A program made the translations under genes and the position numbers. Positions 1 to 9,955 of a stretch of 44,715 nt of DNA are shown here, in pieces. Source of the DNA: a virus (lineage: Duplodnaviria; Caudoviricetes); IMG/VR virus record IMGVR_UViG_3300048880_000040, positions 1-44,715 of that record, one strand, 5' to 3'. Positions within the stretch are counted from its first letter, which is position 1; each line of letters begins with the position of its first letter. Below the pieces are notes generated by a model. That model was not told the origin of the DNA. It did not search any database and saw only the letters and a program-made list of their open reading frames with translations.

Positions 1-3000
1 CATTACCTTTGTCATCTTGGAATAGTACAAATGGGTCACCTTCAGTAGCTTCTTCTTTAGTTAGTTCTCCAGGCTCGGCTTTCTGAGTTTCTTCTTCTAT
101 TTCAGTAGTAGTATCTTCAGGATCTACCTGGCTCTCTGCTATTTCTTCTTCAGGTTCAGTAACTGTTTCAGCTTCTATATCTATATTAGCACCAGCTTTA
201 ATATCTTCTATAGTTGCTTTTTTATCTTTAATTAACTTTAATGATTCAGCTAAGTACATCTGACTTATAATTGCATTTTTTAGCCAACTATCTTTTATAA
301 GCTTTCCGTCTTTATCTTTTGTTCCAAAAGCTTTATTAAGTAAGTTTCTCATATCTTTAACTCTTTTAATTTCTTCATTAAAAGTGTCTTCAAGTACTTT
401 AAAACTTAAAGCGTCATATTGTGCTTGTAATTCTGTTGTATCAGATATTTCTTCCATTGCATCAAGTAATCCTTGTGCTTCAAAAGAAGGCTTATAAATT
501 ATATTGCCATCTTTATCTTCTTTACCTTCTCTATAAATTTTTTCAATAGCTTTAAGGTCACCAGGCATAATTGCAAATTTAACATCAGTTAAACGTGCAA
601 GAGCTGTTTCTAAAATACTATATGTAAGTGCACTATCTCTAAAACCTTCATTGTAGTTGTTATTGTTATCATAAGCTGTAGCTATATCTGACATTGCAGC
701 GTCAAATATAGTCAATACATTAGGATTCTTAAGAATTAACTTACCTATAAGAACTGAATCAGCGTTTTGGATATAGTTAGTATAAGTACTAACACCAGGG
801 GTAACATACTGACGAGTATCAGAATGAGAGTCTAATGAATAAGTATCATCTGTTATGATATTTCCTTTTTTATCTCTGATAGCTTCAAACTTAAATCCAT
901 TTTTAAGTATCATTGGAAAAACTTTTCTTGGTACAGGTATTACTACTCTACCTATATCTTGGTTTCCAGCAATCCTTGCAGTTTTAATAATTTGTAATGG
1001 TGTATCAGGATCTGACCACTCACCATAAATTAATGGCATATACTTTAAAGCTAATGTATCTGCTATTTCTGCTTCAATTTCTGCAGGTACTAATTTTGAT
1101 GGAGAATTTTTATAAGCTTTTGTTTGTTTATAATCTTCTATTGCTTGGTCAAAATAGAACATAAAAGTAGTATATTGCCATTCACCACTTTGAATAATTG
1201 CATCTCTTGCTTTTTTAAGTGGTATAGTAAATTGTTCTAATGCAGTAGTTAATGCTGGGGTAAATATTGCTTCATATGCTTTTTCTAGATTTCTTACTTT
1301 AACATCAGTAAAAACTATTCTTTTTAAATTACCTTTTTTAAGTTGTACTGTTAGACCTGTAACTTTTCCTTCTTTATTTTTTACATACGAACCAGGAATA
1401 AAGTTATTTAAAGCTTTTGCATAAACAGTAAATCTTTTTAATACTTCTGCTTTTTCTCTAGTAGTTTTAGCATTGTTATACTCAACCTGGAATTCTGCTA
1501 ATTTATTATTTATTGTAGGAATAGCATCAGCTGCTAATGCACTAATAATTCTTGCTATTTCTGCACCATATCCACTAATCATTAATGGATTCTTAGCTAA
1601 ATTTCTACCAAACTTAGTTATTTCTCTTGTTAATATTCCTTCGTTATCTTCTTCAGTCCAGATTTCACCATGTACTATATCTAATGCAGCAATCTGTTCT
1701 TTAGTAATTTCTCTAACATTTTCTTTTCTTTCTGTATTAATTGTTTCTAAAGCACTTTCTTGAGCTAAAGTATCTTTAATAACGAAAGCTAGAGTTTGAT
1801 AAACATCTAAATTACCCTCTCTAATGAATTTCTCCATTGTCATACCAGGTTCAACAAATACACCAATACGTGCCAATGATGCAACTAATGCAGTTATTAT
1901 TTCTTCATCAGTACCAGTATCTAATATTTCCTGAGGTATACCTAAAAGTTGTAATTGAGCAATAGCATAACCATTAGTAATACCGTCTGTTTCAATTCCT
2001 AAAGATTCTGATTTAAATGACCCAGTAGGTCTATAACTAGTTAAAGAGGCTATAGCTTCTATTACATGAGCACTAGCATCTATACCTTCTTTATCTAAAA
2101 GTTCATTTAGCAGTTTATTGTATTGTTCTTCTTTTACATTATCACTTTTAAGGTATTCAACAATGTCTCTACTTTGCTCATATAATTTGTCAAAAGCAAG
2201 TAATGAATCTTGTAACGTGTTTTTATCAATACCATAACCAAATGCCTGGGCAATACCTAACTGGTACATTGCACGTTTAAACTCATTATCTATAAGTACA
2301 TTAGAAGATTTAGGCATAAAAAATGATCTGTGTATCTTACTACGTTGACCATTAATACCGTTACTATCTATATTAATTCTATTTTGTTTTTGTGCTGAAT
2401 ATTTAAACCAGAAAGGTTTTCCATCGTAAGCATCAACTAATTTGATGTCTTTAAGTTTGTCTTGATTAGATGTTTCAAATCCAGGACGTTCTGTTACATG
2501 TTTTTCTTCTAAATCTACAATACCTACAACTCTTTCTCTAGTAGATTCGTCAGTCATATTCCATAAATCTAAAGCTTTCTTTTTTCCTAACCACGGAACT
2601 TTATGTAATGCTTTCATTACATCTCTAGTTTTTTCAGGTATTTTTATAAAACTACCTCTTACAAATTTTTGAACAACTTTGCGAGGTTTAGCTAAAGGCC
2701 CTGAAAGTTCTGAATCAGTATTATTTATAATATCAATAGTTTCTTTATTATTTTTAATACTTTCAAATAATTTTTCTAATCCAAAAGGTACTTTTTTCAT
2801 TTGAAGATAAGGAAACTTAATTGTTTTCATTAACCTAGTAGGCATTCCTTTTCTATAATCATTTTCTTTTAAACCTTTAGTTGGTTCTCCTTCAAATGTT
2901 TCATGGTAGTAAGTTGTATAAACAATTTCGATTAAACCATCTAAACTGTTATTTTTACCTTTATTTGAATGTACAGAAGTCGCAACAGCTAAAGCTGTTC

Positions 3001-6000
3001 CGCCTAATGCTATTTTTACTTGTTGAGCAATTAAATCACTAGGTAAAAGACCATCACCATTTTCTGCAATAAAAGATTCAATATTACTAATTACTTCGTT
3101 AATACTATCACCTTTTAATTGACTACTATCTATTTTAAGATTTAGATTATTAAAAGCCTCATTTCCTATTTCAGAAGCAGCATCTTTAAATAATACTCCC
3201 ATATTACCAAAGTCCATTAATTCTTGGCGACTAAGATCAGCTTGCATGTCGTTATAAAGTAATAAACCAATTTGTTGCTCAGTTGATACTTCAGTATTAA
3301 AGTTATTAATACTCATATACTGTAAAGTTGATAACATCATTGCAAAGATAACTTCATCAGGAAGTGTTTTAACACCATCAATTTCTACAAATAGTAACTG
3401 TAAAAATTCTTGACTGTGAAATGCTTCTCCAGTTTTCTTATTTTGTTTAACTTTTCTATTATGTTTTTCAAAACTATTTTTAAATTCATAAAAATATTTA
3501 TGTAAGTATTTAATAAATTCTTTGTCTTCAAAACTTTCACCTAAATACTCTTCAAGTAGTACATCAATTCCTGGATCCCATGAATCATATTTAGAATAAA
3601 ATGATTTTCTTTTAGGTTGAGCAATTTTAAATATATCGCTACCTTTAAGCTTTGTTCTATATAGTTTTAAGAATTGTAGTGCAAGACCACCATATTTATT
3701 TATAAAGTGTTTAACTTTTGATTTAGCCTGTTGTTGAGCAGTTTTATAACTTTTATCTTCTGCAGACTGTTCTGTACTATCTTGAGGTTTTTCTTTTTCT
3801 ATAGTTGGTTCTACTAATGATTCAATTGTTTCTATAGTAGCAGCAAGAGCTTCATCTAATAATGAATCTACTTCGCTATCTTTTATATTTAATAAATTAC
3901 GTACAGCAGTAACAACTTCATTCCAAAGTGTTTTTTGTTTCTTATTACTAACTTTTTTACGTTTTAAATAACTTTGTGCCTCAACACTAGTTAACACTTG
4001 AGTTAAAAATTCACCTAATAGTTCACTTTCATGAAGAGCTTCACCCTTCATTCCCATACGTCTACGTACTTTTAGTTGAAGTTCTGTTACTCTTTCAGCT
4101 GCACCATATAGTAAATACTCTATAGCATGTTTTTCGTCTGCAGTTATATCACCACTAGCAATATCTTTTTCATACTGTTTTATAATATTTTCACGAACTT
4201 TATATAATTGTTTAACAGCATTATTTTGTCTCGCTGTACGGTCTTTTGCACTTGTCTCTAAGATAGTTTGAGTTGCTGCATGTATAAGTTCATGTAATAA
4301 AACAGTAGTACTATCTGCTGGATTCATTACAACTGCTACAGGATTAACCTCACCATGATAAAAATGGGAATGTATCCCATGATCACCATATAAATCAAAA
4401 TCAGTAGATATTTTAATATCATCAGATAATAAAGGTATTATCAGTTTAGCTATCATTCTTACATATTTTGTTTGATTTTTATCATTAGCTAATTTTATAG
4501 CGGCATCTTTAGCTCCTTTAAAGCTACTTAAAATTTCAAGATTGAGTTGAGTTCCTTTAAGTCCTTCATCAGTAGTTTCAGGTTCAATAGGTTTAGTTGT
4601 ATCTATCTTTACATTTTCAGTTTTAATATCATCTAAATCTTTATCAGTAACAGGTTTTTTAACCTGAGATTCTTCAGCTTCCTTAGTTGCTTCATCAAGA
4701 GCTGCTTTTTCTTTTGTAGTTGCTCTACTGGTAGCTTTAATAATTAATGCTAATACTGCTTTACCAAATGCAATTTCTTCTTTAATTGACTGCATTAATC
4801 TAACTGATTTTGCATTTACAAAGAAGTAATTATCTTTATCTTCTACTTGCTTACCATCTTTTTCTACAGTAGGCATAGTCCTAAGTATTGGATCTTGATA
4901 GTTGTTTTTACTAATCCAAACAGTTGTTAGATTCTCATTTTTAAGAATTTCTTGAGCATCTTCAAATCTACTCAATTTATCATTTAGTATATTAAGAAAA
5001 TCTTTTATATTACTTATAGCAGACGAACTCTTCTTTTGAGCTAACTTTAAGTAATGCATAAAGCCTTGGAAAACTTTTTCACCTAGTAAGACATCATTTC
5101 TAACATCGTCAATATCTTTATTATTTTCATCTACTTCTTTCTTTGCTTCATAGACTGCAATATGAGCATCAAGTAACGCTTGTTCTGTTTTAGATAGACC
5201 TTCTAGTTTCTTGAGCTCTTCTATCTGTTTTTCAGTTAGAGGGCTTAATGAATATAAGACTTCTGTTGCTTTAACGGTACTTCCTTCTTTTGCTAATACT
5301 TCAATTGTTTTTGAAACATTATCTAGTCGTTTATTAATATCTTTTAAAGCTGCTTTTAAAGCTTTTCTTTCTTTTGGATCAGTAACTGTTTCTAATTCTT
5401 TTTCAATTCTACTTTTAATACTTTTTGCTTTATTGTAAATTTTTGAAAATGCATTAATAGCATTAGCTCGTTGTTCATTTGTTGATTTAACATTTTCAAG
5501 AACTTTTATTGTGTTTGCACCAATTTTTTCAAGATTATCATCTTTTGCAACTTCTTGAATATCTTCACTTATAGATGTATCTTCTCTAAGATTAGATTTT
5601 TTATTTTTAAATTCAAAACTAGCTAAAGCTTTATCAATATTTGCAAATACAGATTTATCTAATTGAGCTATCTTAGTTCCTTCTTTATCTTTAGATAATT
5701 TATCAATTTTTACACCAAGTTGATTTCTAAGCCTTTTTAGATTTTTAATTTTAGCTTTAGATAAATTTGGATCTTTAAGTTGTTCATTAATACTATTTAT
5801 TTCTTTAATTTCAGTATCAATTTCTTCTACAAGAACTTCTGATTTTTTCTCGGTATAACGAATATCTTTAGCATTTATAAGTGCTATAGTTGCACTATAT
5901 TCTTGTCTAGCAGCTTTAATTAAATCTTGATTCTTTCCTGCAGCTTTTAATTTTCTTCTTAATTTAGCTTGAGCAACGGCTTGTTGTGCAATATTACGGT

Positions 6001-7924
6001 CTGCAATATTTCCTGAATTTAAATTTTTTAAAGCTTTTTCTAAATTTTTTCTTGCTTTTACTATTTCTGGCTTACGTTCATTTTTAGGTAACTTTCTTTG
6101 GTCAACCTCAAGTTCACTAAGTGCATTTAAAATATATGAGGCTTTATCTGTATTACTTCCTTTTTTATATAATTCATTATTTAAATCAATACCTAAATTT
6201 TTTGCATCATTTTCAACTTCGTTAATATTATTTGCTACATTCTCTACGCTTTGTATATCAGGTTCACCAACAGCTTCATCATCTTTAGCCTGTTGAGCTT
6301 TTTGTTTAACTCTATTTACTTCTTGTTGTGTTACTCTTGCATCACCACCAATTGCCTGATTTATCTGACTAACTGTAGATGCAGTACCACTAAATGTTGC
6401 ACCAGGGACTAAGCCTGCTACTATCGAATTAAGTAACCCTAATTTAAATTCTTCACTTTTATAATCAGGTAAATGACCTTCTTTAATTAAATCTTGTGTT
6501 ACTTCTTCTACAATAAACTGCATTCCTTCAGTACTACCTTCTGTTAAACCTCCAGCTAATAACTCTTTACCTATAGTTTTAAGACTTTGTCCGAAACCAG
6601 CTGATAAGAATGATTTTTTAGCAGCTTTATTGGCAGCTCTAGTAAGTCCAAACTTTTTCATTAACTTAAGAGGATAGAAAGCTTCTAGTGCTCCTGCTAT
6701 AGTACCACCTGCTAATGAACCAGCTATTGCTTTCCAATCCCTATGACCTGCTGAACCTACATCACCGTAGATACTGCCTGTTTCCATACCCATAGCAGAC
6801 CCATAAGCACCTACATTTCTACCTATACGTTGAGCTTTAGATAATAATTCAGCAGCTTTTGTACCTAATTTTTGATTTACAAGTTTTTTAACACCACCTT
6901 TAACTGCTTGTTTAGCTAATAATCCTCCTAATCCACCTGTACCTATCATTAAAGCAATAGATGGCATAGCTTCACCAATTAATGCACCTAATTTAGACAG
7001 TACTTGTGTAGGATTAGACCAATCTATATCCTCAATCCCTGGTAAATTAGCTCCATTAGCTTGAGCTTCATTTAAATTACGTAAATATTGATCTAAGAAC
7101 CACGTACCTAATTGCTCATTACCTGTAGCATCAACAATAAGGGCCATAAACCCATAACCAGTAGCTTGTAAATTATCTATACCACTACTGAGACCTTTAC
7201 CCATACTATCCCAAAAACCTTGACCTATGTTTTTATTGTATGCACGCTCTGCGTCAGCTAATTGTAGTACGCCTTCAGCATAAGCTTCTTTATTATATTT
7301 ACTGTAAAACATTGCATTATTTTCAGGTGTATTCATTACTTCATTAATAATGTCACCTGTTATAGGATTACGAACAGTAATTAGAGGCCTACCGAAGAAT
7401 CCTACGCCATCCTGACGGATGTCTACGGATACGGTAGGACTATCAGGGTCTTGTCCTTTATAGAGTAAGTCTTTAAAGTTTTGAGCTTGTTTAGCTGCTT
7501 CTTCATTAAGCATACCTTGAGTTACATAATCTCTTGGTATACCAAGTTTTTTAGCTAAAGCTGAACGATGTAAATTCCACTTTTTACTGCGTTTACTACC
7601 ATCTATAGGAGCTATCTTACCAAGATAAGGTATTAGTTCATTATTTTCATCATAATGAGCTGTTTCATAGGCATCAAAGGAGAATCCTGGTTGTGAAGCT
7701 AAACGACCAAATAAATTTAAAGTATCAGCGTCAAAACCACCTTCTTCTAAATTAATTGTTTGATTTACAAAATCAAGTTTTTTCTGTTCAGCTTTTAAAC
7801 CTAAGTCTTCTCTTTTCTGGTCTATTAAGTCAAGAAAAGTACTATTTTCTAATGAATCATTGAAACGTTCTTTATTAGTTTCATCTTCTAGATACTGAGT
7901 GAAGTAGTTATCACTTGTTGCCAT
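1..7924 (-). CDS. N4-like virion-encapsidated RNA polymerase (gp50-like polyprotein), at least 2641 aa, 3' end beyond the window
   Basis: ATG at 7924 (MATSDNYFTQYLEDE...). Hand translation finds N4 vRNAP motifs in one frame: motif A LGIETDGITNG (Asp codon 1985-1987), motif B RNLAKNPLMISGYGA (~1563-1606), motif C LTIFDAAM (Asp codon 701-703). Probably missing from the ORF track because no stop occurs inside the window. Position matches N4 gp50. Confidence 0.95.
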   Translation of the reverse strand, partial: MATSDNYFTQYLEDETNKERFNDSLENSTFLDLIDQKREDLGLKAEQKKLDFVNQTINLEEGGFDADTLNLFGRLASQPGFSFDAYETAHYDENNELIPYLGKIAPIDGSKRSKKWNLHRSALAKKLGIPRDYVTQGMLNEEAAKQAQNFKDLLYKGQDPDSPTVSVDIRQDGVGFFGRPLITVRNPITGDIINEVMNTPENNAMFYSKYNKEAYAEGVLQLADAERAYNKNIGQGFWDSMGKGLSSGIDNLQATGYGFMALIVDATGNEQLGTWFLDQYLRNLNEAQANGANLPGIEDIDWSNPTQVLSKLGALIGEAMPSIALMIGTGGLGGLLAKQAVKGGVKKLVNQKLGTKAAELLSKAQRIGRNVGAYGSAMGMETGSIYGDVGSAGHRDWKAIAGSLAGGTIAGALEAFYPLKLMKKFGLTRAANKAAKKSFLSAGFGQSLKTIGKELLAGGLTEGSTEGMQFIVEEVTQDLIKEGHLPDYKSEEFKLGLLNSIVAGLVPGATFSGTASTVSQINQAIGGDARVTQQEVNRVKQKAQQAKDDEAVGEPDIQSVENVANNINEVENDAKNLGIDLNNELYKKGSNTDKASYILNALSELEVDQRKLPKNERKPEIVKARKNLEKALKNLNSGNIADRNIAQQAVAQAKLRRKLKAAGKNQDLIKAARQEYSATIALINAKDIRYTEKKSEVLVEEIDTEIKEINSINEQLKDPNLSKAKIKNLKRLRNQLGVKIDKLSKDKEGTKIAQLDKSVFANIDKALASFEFKNKKSNLREDTSISEDIQEVAKDDNLEKIGANTIKVLENVKSTNEQRANAINAFSKIYNKAKSIKSRIEKELETVTDPKERKALKAALKDINKRLDNVSKTIEVLAKEGSTVKATEVLYSLSPLTEKQIEELKKLEGLSKTEQALLDAHIAVYEAKKEVDENNKDIDDVRNDVLLGEKVFQGFMHYLKLAQKKSSSAISNIKDFLNILNDKLSRFEDAQEILKNENLTTVWISKNNYQDPILRTMPTVEKDGKQVEDKDNYFFVNAKSVRLMQSIKEEIAFGKAVLALIIKATSRATTKEKAALDEATKEAEESQVKKPVTDKDLDDIKTENVKIDTTKPIEPETTDEGLKGTQLNLEILSSFKGAKDAAIKLANDKNQTKYVRMIAKLIIPLLSDDIKISTDFDLYGDHGIHSHFYHGEVNPVAVVMNPADSTTVLLHELIHAATQTILETSAKDRTARQNNAVKQLYKVRENIIKQYEKDIASGDITADEKHAIEYLLYGAAERVTELQLKVRRRMGMKGEALHESELLGEFLTQVLTSVEAQSYLKRKKVSNKKQKTLWNEVVTAVRNLLNIKDSEVDSLLDEALAATIETIESLVEPTIEKEKPQDSTEQSAEDKSYKTAQQQAKSKVKHFINKYGGLALQFLKLYRTKLKGSDIFKIAQPKRKSFYSKYDSWDPGIDVLLEEYLGESFEDKEFIKYLHKYFYEFKNSFEKHNRKVKQNKKTGEAFHSQEFLQLLFVEIDGVKTLPDEVIFAMMLSTLQYMSINNFNTEVSTEQQIGLLLYNDMQADLSRQELMDFGNMGVLFKDAASEIGNEAFNNLNLKIDSSQLKGDSINEVISNIESFIAENGDGLLPSDLIAQQVKIALGGTALAVATSVHSNKGKNNSLDGLIEIVYTTYYHETFEGEPTKGLKENDYRKGMPTRLMKTIKFPYLQMKKVPFGLEKLFESIKNNKETIDIINNTDSELSGPLAKPRKVVQKFVRGSFIKIPEKTRDVMKALHKVPWLGKKKALDLWNMTDESTRERVVGIVDLEEKHVTERPGFETSNQDKLKDIKLVDAYDGKPFWFKYSAQKQNRINIDSNGINGQRSKIHRSFFMPKSSNVLIDNEFKRAMYQLGIAQAFGYGIDKNTLQDSLLAFDKLYEQSRDIVEYLKSDNVKEEQYNKLLNELLDKEGIDASAHVIEAIASLTSYRPTGSFKSESLGIETDGITNGYAIAQLQLLGIPQEILDTGTDEEIITALVASLARIGVFVEPGMTMEKFIREGNLDVYQTLAFVIKDTLAQESALETINTERKENVREITKEQIAALDIVHGEIWTEEDNEGILTREITKFGRNLAKNPLMISGYGAEIARIISALAADAIPTINNKLAEFQVEYNNAKTTREKAEVLKRFTVYAKALNNFIPGSYVKNKEGKVTGLTVQLKKGNLKRIVFTDVKVRNLEKAYEAIFTPALTTALEQFTIPLKKARDAIIQSGEWQYTTFMFYFDQAIEDYKQTKAYKNSPSKLVPAEIEAEIADTLALKYMPLIYGEWSDPDTPLQIIKTARIAGNQDIGRVVIPVPRKVFPMILKNGFKFEAIRDKKGNIITDDTYSLDSHSDTRQYVTPGVSTYTNYIQNADSVLIGKLILKNPNVLTIFDAAMSDIATAYDNNNNYNEGFRDSALTYSILETALARLTDVKFAIMPGDLKAIEKIYREGKEDKDGNIIYKPSFEAQGLLDAMEEISDTTELQAQYDALSFKVLEDTFNEEIKRVKDMRNLLNKAFGTKDKDGKLIKDSWLKNAIISQMYLAESLKLIKDKKATIEDIKAGANIDIEAETVTEPEEEIAESQVDPEDTTTEIEEETQKAEPGELTKEEATEGDPFVLFQDDKGN

Positions 7925-7927
7925 GGT

Positions 7928-9181
7928 TTAAGAACCAGGACTTGAAAGACTGGCTTCTTTAGCAAGTTGTTCTTCTAGTTGTCTAAGTAATTCTGCTTCA
8001 TCTTTATTTAATCCAGCTCCTCCACCTCCTGCACTAGCTCCTGCATATTTTCTTTGAATTAATGTTTCATATAATTTTTGCATTTCAGCATTATTTAAGC
8101 CTTTAATATCATTTGAAATAGTATTTGACCGTGATTCTTGAGATTCAACATCATTTATATATGTACTAGTGCTGTAACCACTAGTATCTTTATCTAATGC
8201 AGTCACACTTTCTTTAGTTTGAAGACCAAATATTGATGCTGATGTTTTACCTGAATCATCATAACCATATTTATTTTGAAGATTTTTTTCATAAATCTTA
8301 TCAAAAACTGCTCTAGCTTCTGCAAATGTTTCAAATTGAGGGTTATTTTTTCTAAAATCCTCAAAGTAATCTGCTCTAACAACTGTTCTTGTGCTATCTT
8401 CTTTTTTAACATTTTTATAGACTGCTTCATATAACATAGCAAATGATTCATCTGAACCATCTAAATCAATCGACTTATCGTTAAATTTAAATGTCCACAT
8501 ATCAGGTCTTCCAGGAATTGATGCTCTATCATCAAATAACATGAATCCGTCATTGATAAATTTATTAATTTCATCTACGCTAATATCATCAGGGAATTTG
8601 CCTAGAAATGAAGTTCTAAGTTCTGCAAGTTCTATCCTATCTTCAGGACCCATTCCTGTGCCAAATGGTAGGTTAGACTCATCAAGTCCATAAGTAAGGT
8701 CAATAAAGCCACCACTAGCAAGAGGATCTTTAACAGTACCGTATTTACTTTTTTTGGATGTGCTACTACTAGTAAGAATAGGATTATCAGCTTTATATTT
8801 ATGTAATGTTTGATCTCTTATAAGCTGAGCCTCAGCTGATTTTTCACTACTTAGAAATGTATCAGCTAATTGTTGTGTAAATGCTGCCTGCTCTCTATCA
8901 GGAGCACCAAGTTCATAATTAGTTTTATTAATATTATCTATATTTAACCAACCACCTTCTGCTTCAGCAATCATAGCATCACGTTCTTCTTGTGAACCAA
9001 GAGCCATTAAATCAGCTACAAAGTCATCAGTCTCCGACTGAACTCTTGTATCTGTATACCCTTGAATTGCATCTCCGACTCCAGCAAACCCTTCACCTAT
9101 TCCTTTAGCGGCTGCATTAGCAGCATTAAGAATTCCTGCGGGATTAGAAGGAGCTATATTCTTCCAAGTTACAACACCCAT
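7928..9181 (-). CDS. Probable virion/ejection protein (N4 gp51 position)
   Basis: 417 aa. N-terminus MGVVTWKNIAP followed by an Ala/Gly-rich helix, as I recall for N4-like gp51 proteins. Directly upstream of vRNAP. GGAG RBS. Confidence 0.6.
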   Translation of the reverse strand: MGVVTWKNIAPSNPAGILNAANAAAKGIGEGFAGVGDAIQGYTDTRVQSETDDFVADLMALGSQEERDAMIAEAEGGWLNIDNINKTNYELGAPDREQAAFTQQLADTFLSSEKSAEAQLIRDQTLHKYKADNPILTSSSTSKKSKYGTVKDPLASGGFIDLTYGLDESNLPFGTGMGPEDRIELAELRTSFLGKFPDDISVDEINKFINDGFMLFDDRASIPGRPDMWTFKFNDKSIDLDGSDESFAMLYEAVYKNVKKEDSTRTVVRADYFEDFRKNNPQFETFAEARAVFDKIYEKNLQNKYGYDDSGKTSASIFGLQTKESVTALDKDTSGYSTSTYINDVESQESRSNTISNDIKGLNNAEMQKLYETLIQRKYAGASAGGGGAGLNKDEAELLRQLEEQLAKEASLSSPGS

Positions 9182-9193
9182 AATATCTCCTAG

Positions 9194-9877
9194 TTAACCT
9201 ACGTAGTTTGTTCCAGCGGGTTTACCACCTACATAAGCACCATAATCAGTTCTACCTTGTGCTTGTTTCCATGCATTTTGATTAGCAATTTGATTATTAG
9301 TAGTTAATCTTTGACTATCATAATTAGCTTGCCATTGATTTTGTTGATTTTCCATTGCTTGTCTGGATAGTTTAAGGTTTTTTAAAGCAGCCCATCCAGA
9401 TGCTAAACTACCTAATCCTGCTGCGCCTGAGGCAAATGCACTCATATTATCTTTATTAAACCAACTTTCTTTCTTATTATTAGAAGCGGGAAATACGGAG
9501 TTTTGCATTTGTACATCAGGGTTTATCCTACCATTATATTGGTCTACTTTAGGCTTTTGTAAATAATCAAATGGTCCAGCAGTTGTACTTAGATTAGGAG
9601 GAGTCCATGCTTGGAATGTTGATGTATCTTCCCAAGGATGAAGTGTACCCGCTGTTGTTAAAGGATCGTTAGCTAATCTAGACCAACTATCTCCTACTGT
9701 AGATGTAATTGTACTATCAGAATCACTGCTCTGTACTACTGCGTTAACAGCTATTTGATTAGTTTTAATATCTCTTGCATAAATTCCTGATAAACCTTTA
9801 GCTTTAGCATTTAATTGGGCTGCTTCAGTTGGATATCCACCCCATTGCTTAGGACCTTTAACATTATGTTGTGGCAT
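9194..9877 (-). CDS. Probable virion/ejection protein (N4 gp52 position)
   Basis: 227 aa. C-terminal GAAGLGSLASGWAALK followed by an N/Q-rich helix. Call rests mainly on synteny. AGGAG RBS. Confidence 0.6.
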   Translation of the reverse strand: MPQHNVKGPKQWGGYPTEAAQLNAKAKGLSGIYARDIKTNQIAVNAVVQSSDSDSTITSTVGDSWSRLANDPLTTAGTLHPWEDTSTFQAWTPPNLSTTAGPFDYLQKPKVDQYNGRINPDVQMQNSVFPASNNKKESWFNKDNMSAFASGAAGLGSLASGWAALKNLKLSRQAMENQQNQWQANYDSQRLTTNNQIANQNAWKQAQGRTDYGAYVGGKPAGTNYVG

Positions 9878-9918
9878 AGTAACTCCTATACGAATGCTAT
9901 ATTATTATATTTAATACT

Positions 9919-9947
9919 ATCATACATCATAATAACTTTGATGTATA
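9919..9947 (-). promoter_or_regulatory. Putative sigma70-type late promoter (TATACA-17 nt-TATGAT) overlapping an 8-bp inverted repeat
   Basis: Minus strand reads TATACA TCAAAGTTATTATGATG TATGAT. ATACATCA/TGATGTAT inverted repeat at 9922-9946. Resembles the element at 41975-42003. Confidence 0.45.
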
Positions 9948-9955
9948 TAGTTTTA

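Noticed and set aside
1-7924. Apparent 8-kb region without long ORFs, suggesting non-coding DNA or an alternative genetic code
   Set aside because: It is one standard-code reading frame (vRNAP) that lacks a stop inside the window. Motifs checked at several positions share the same frame.
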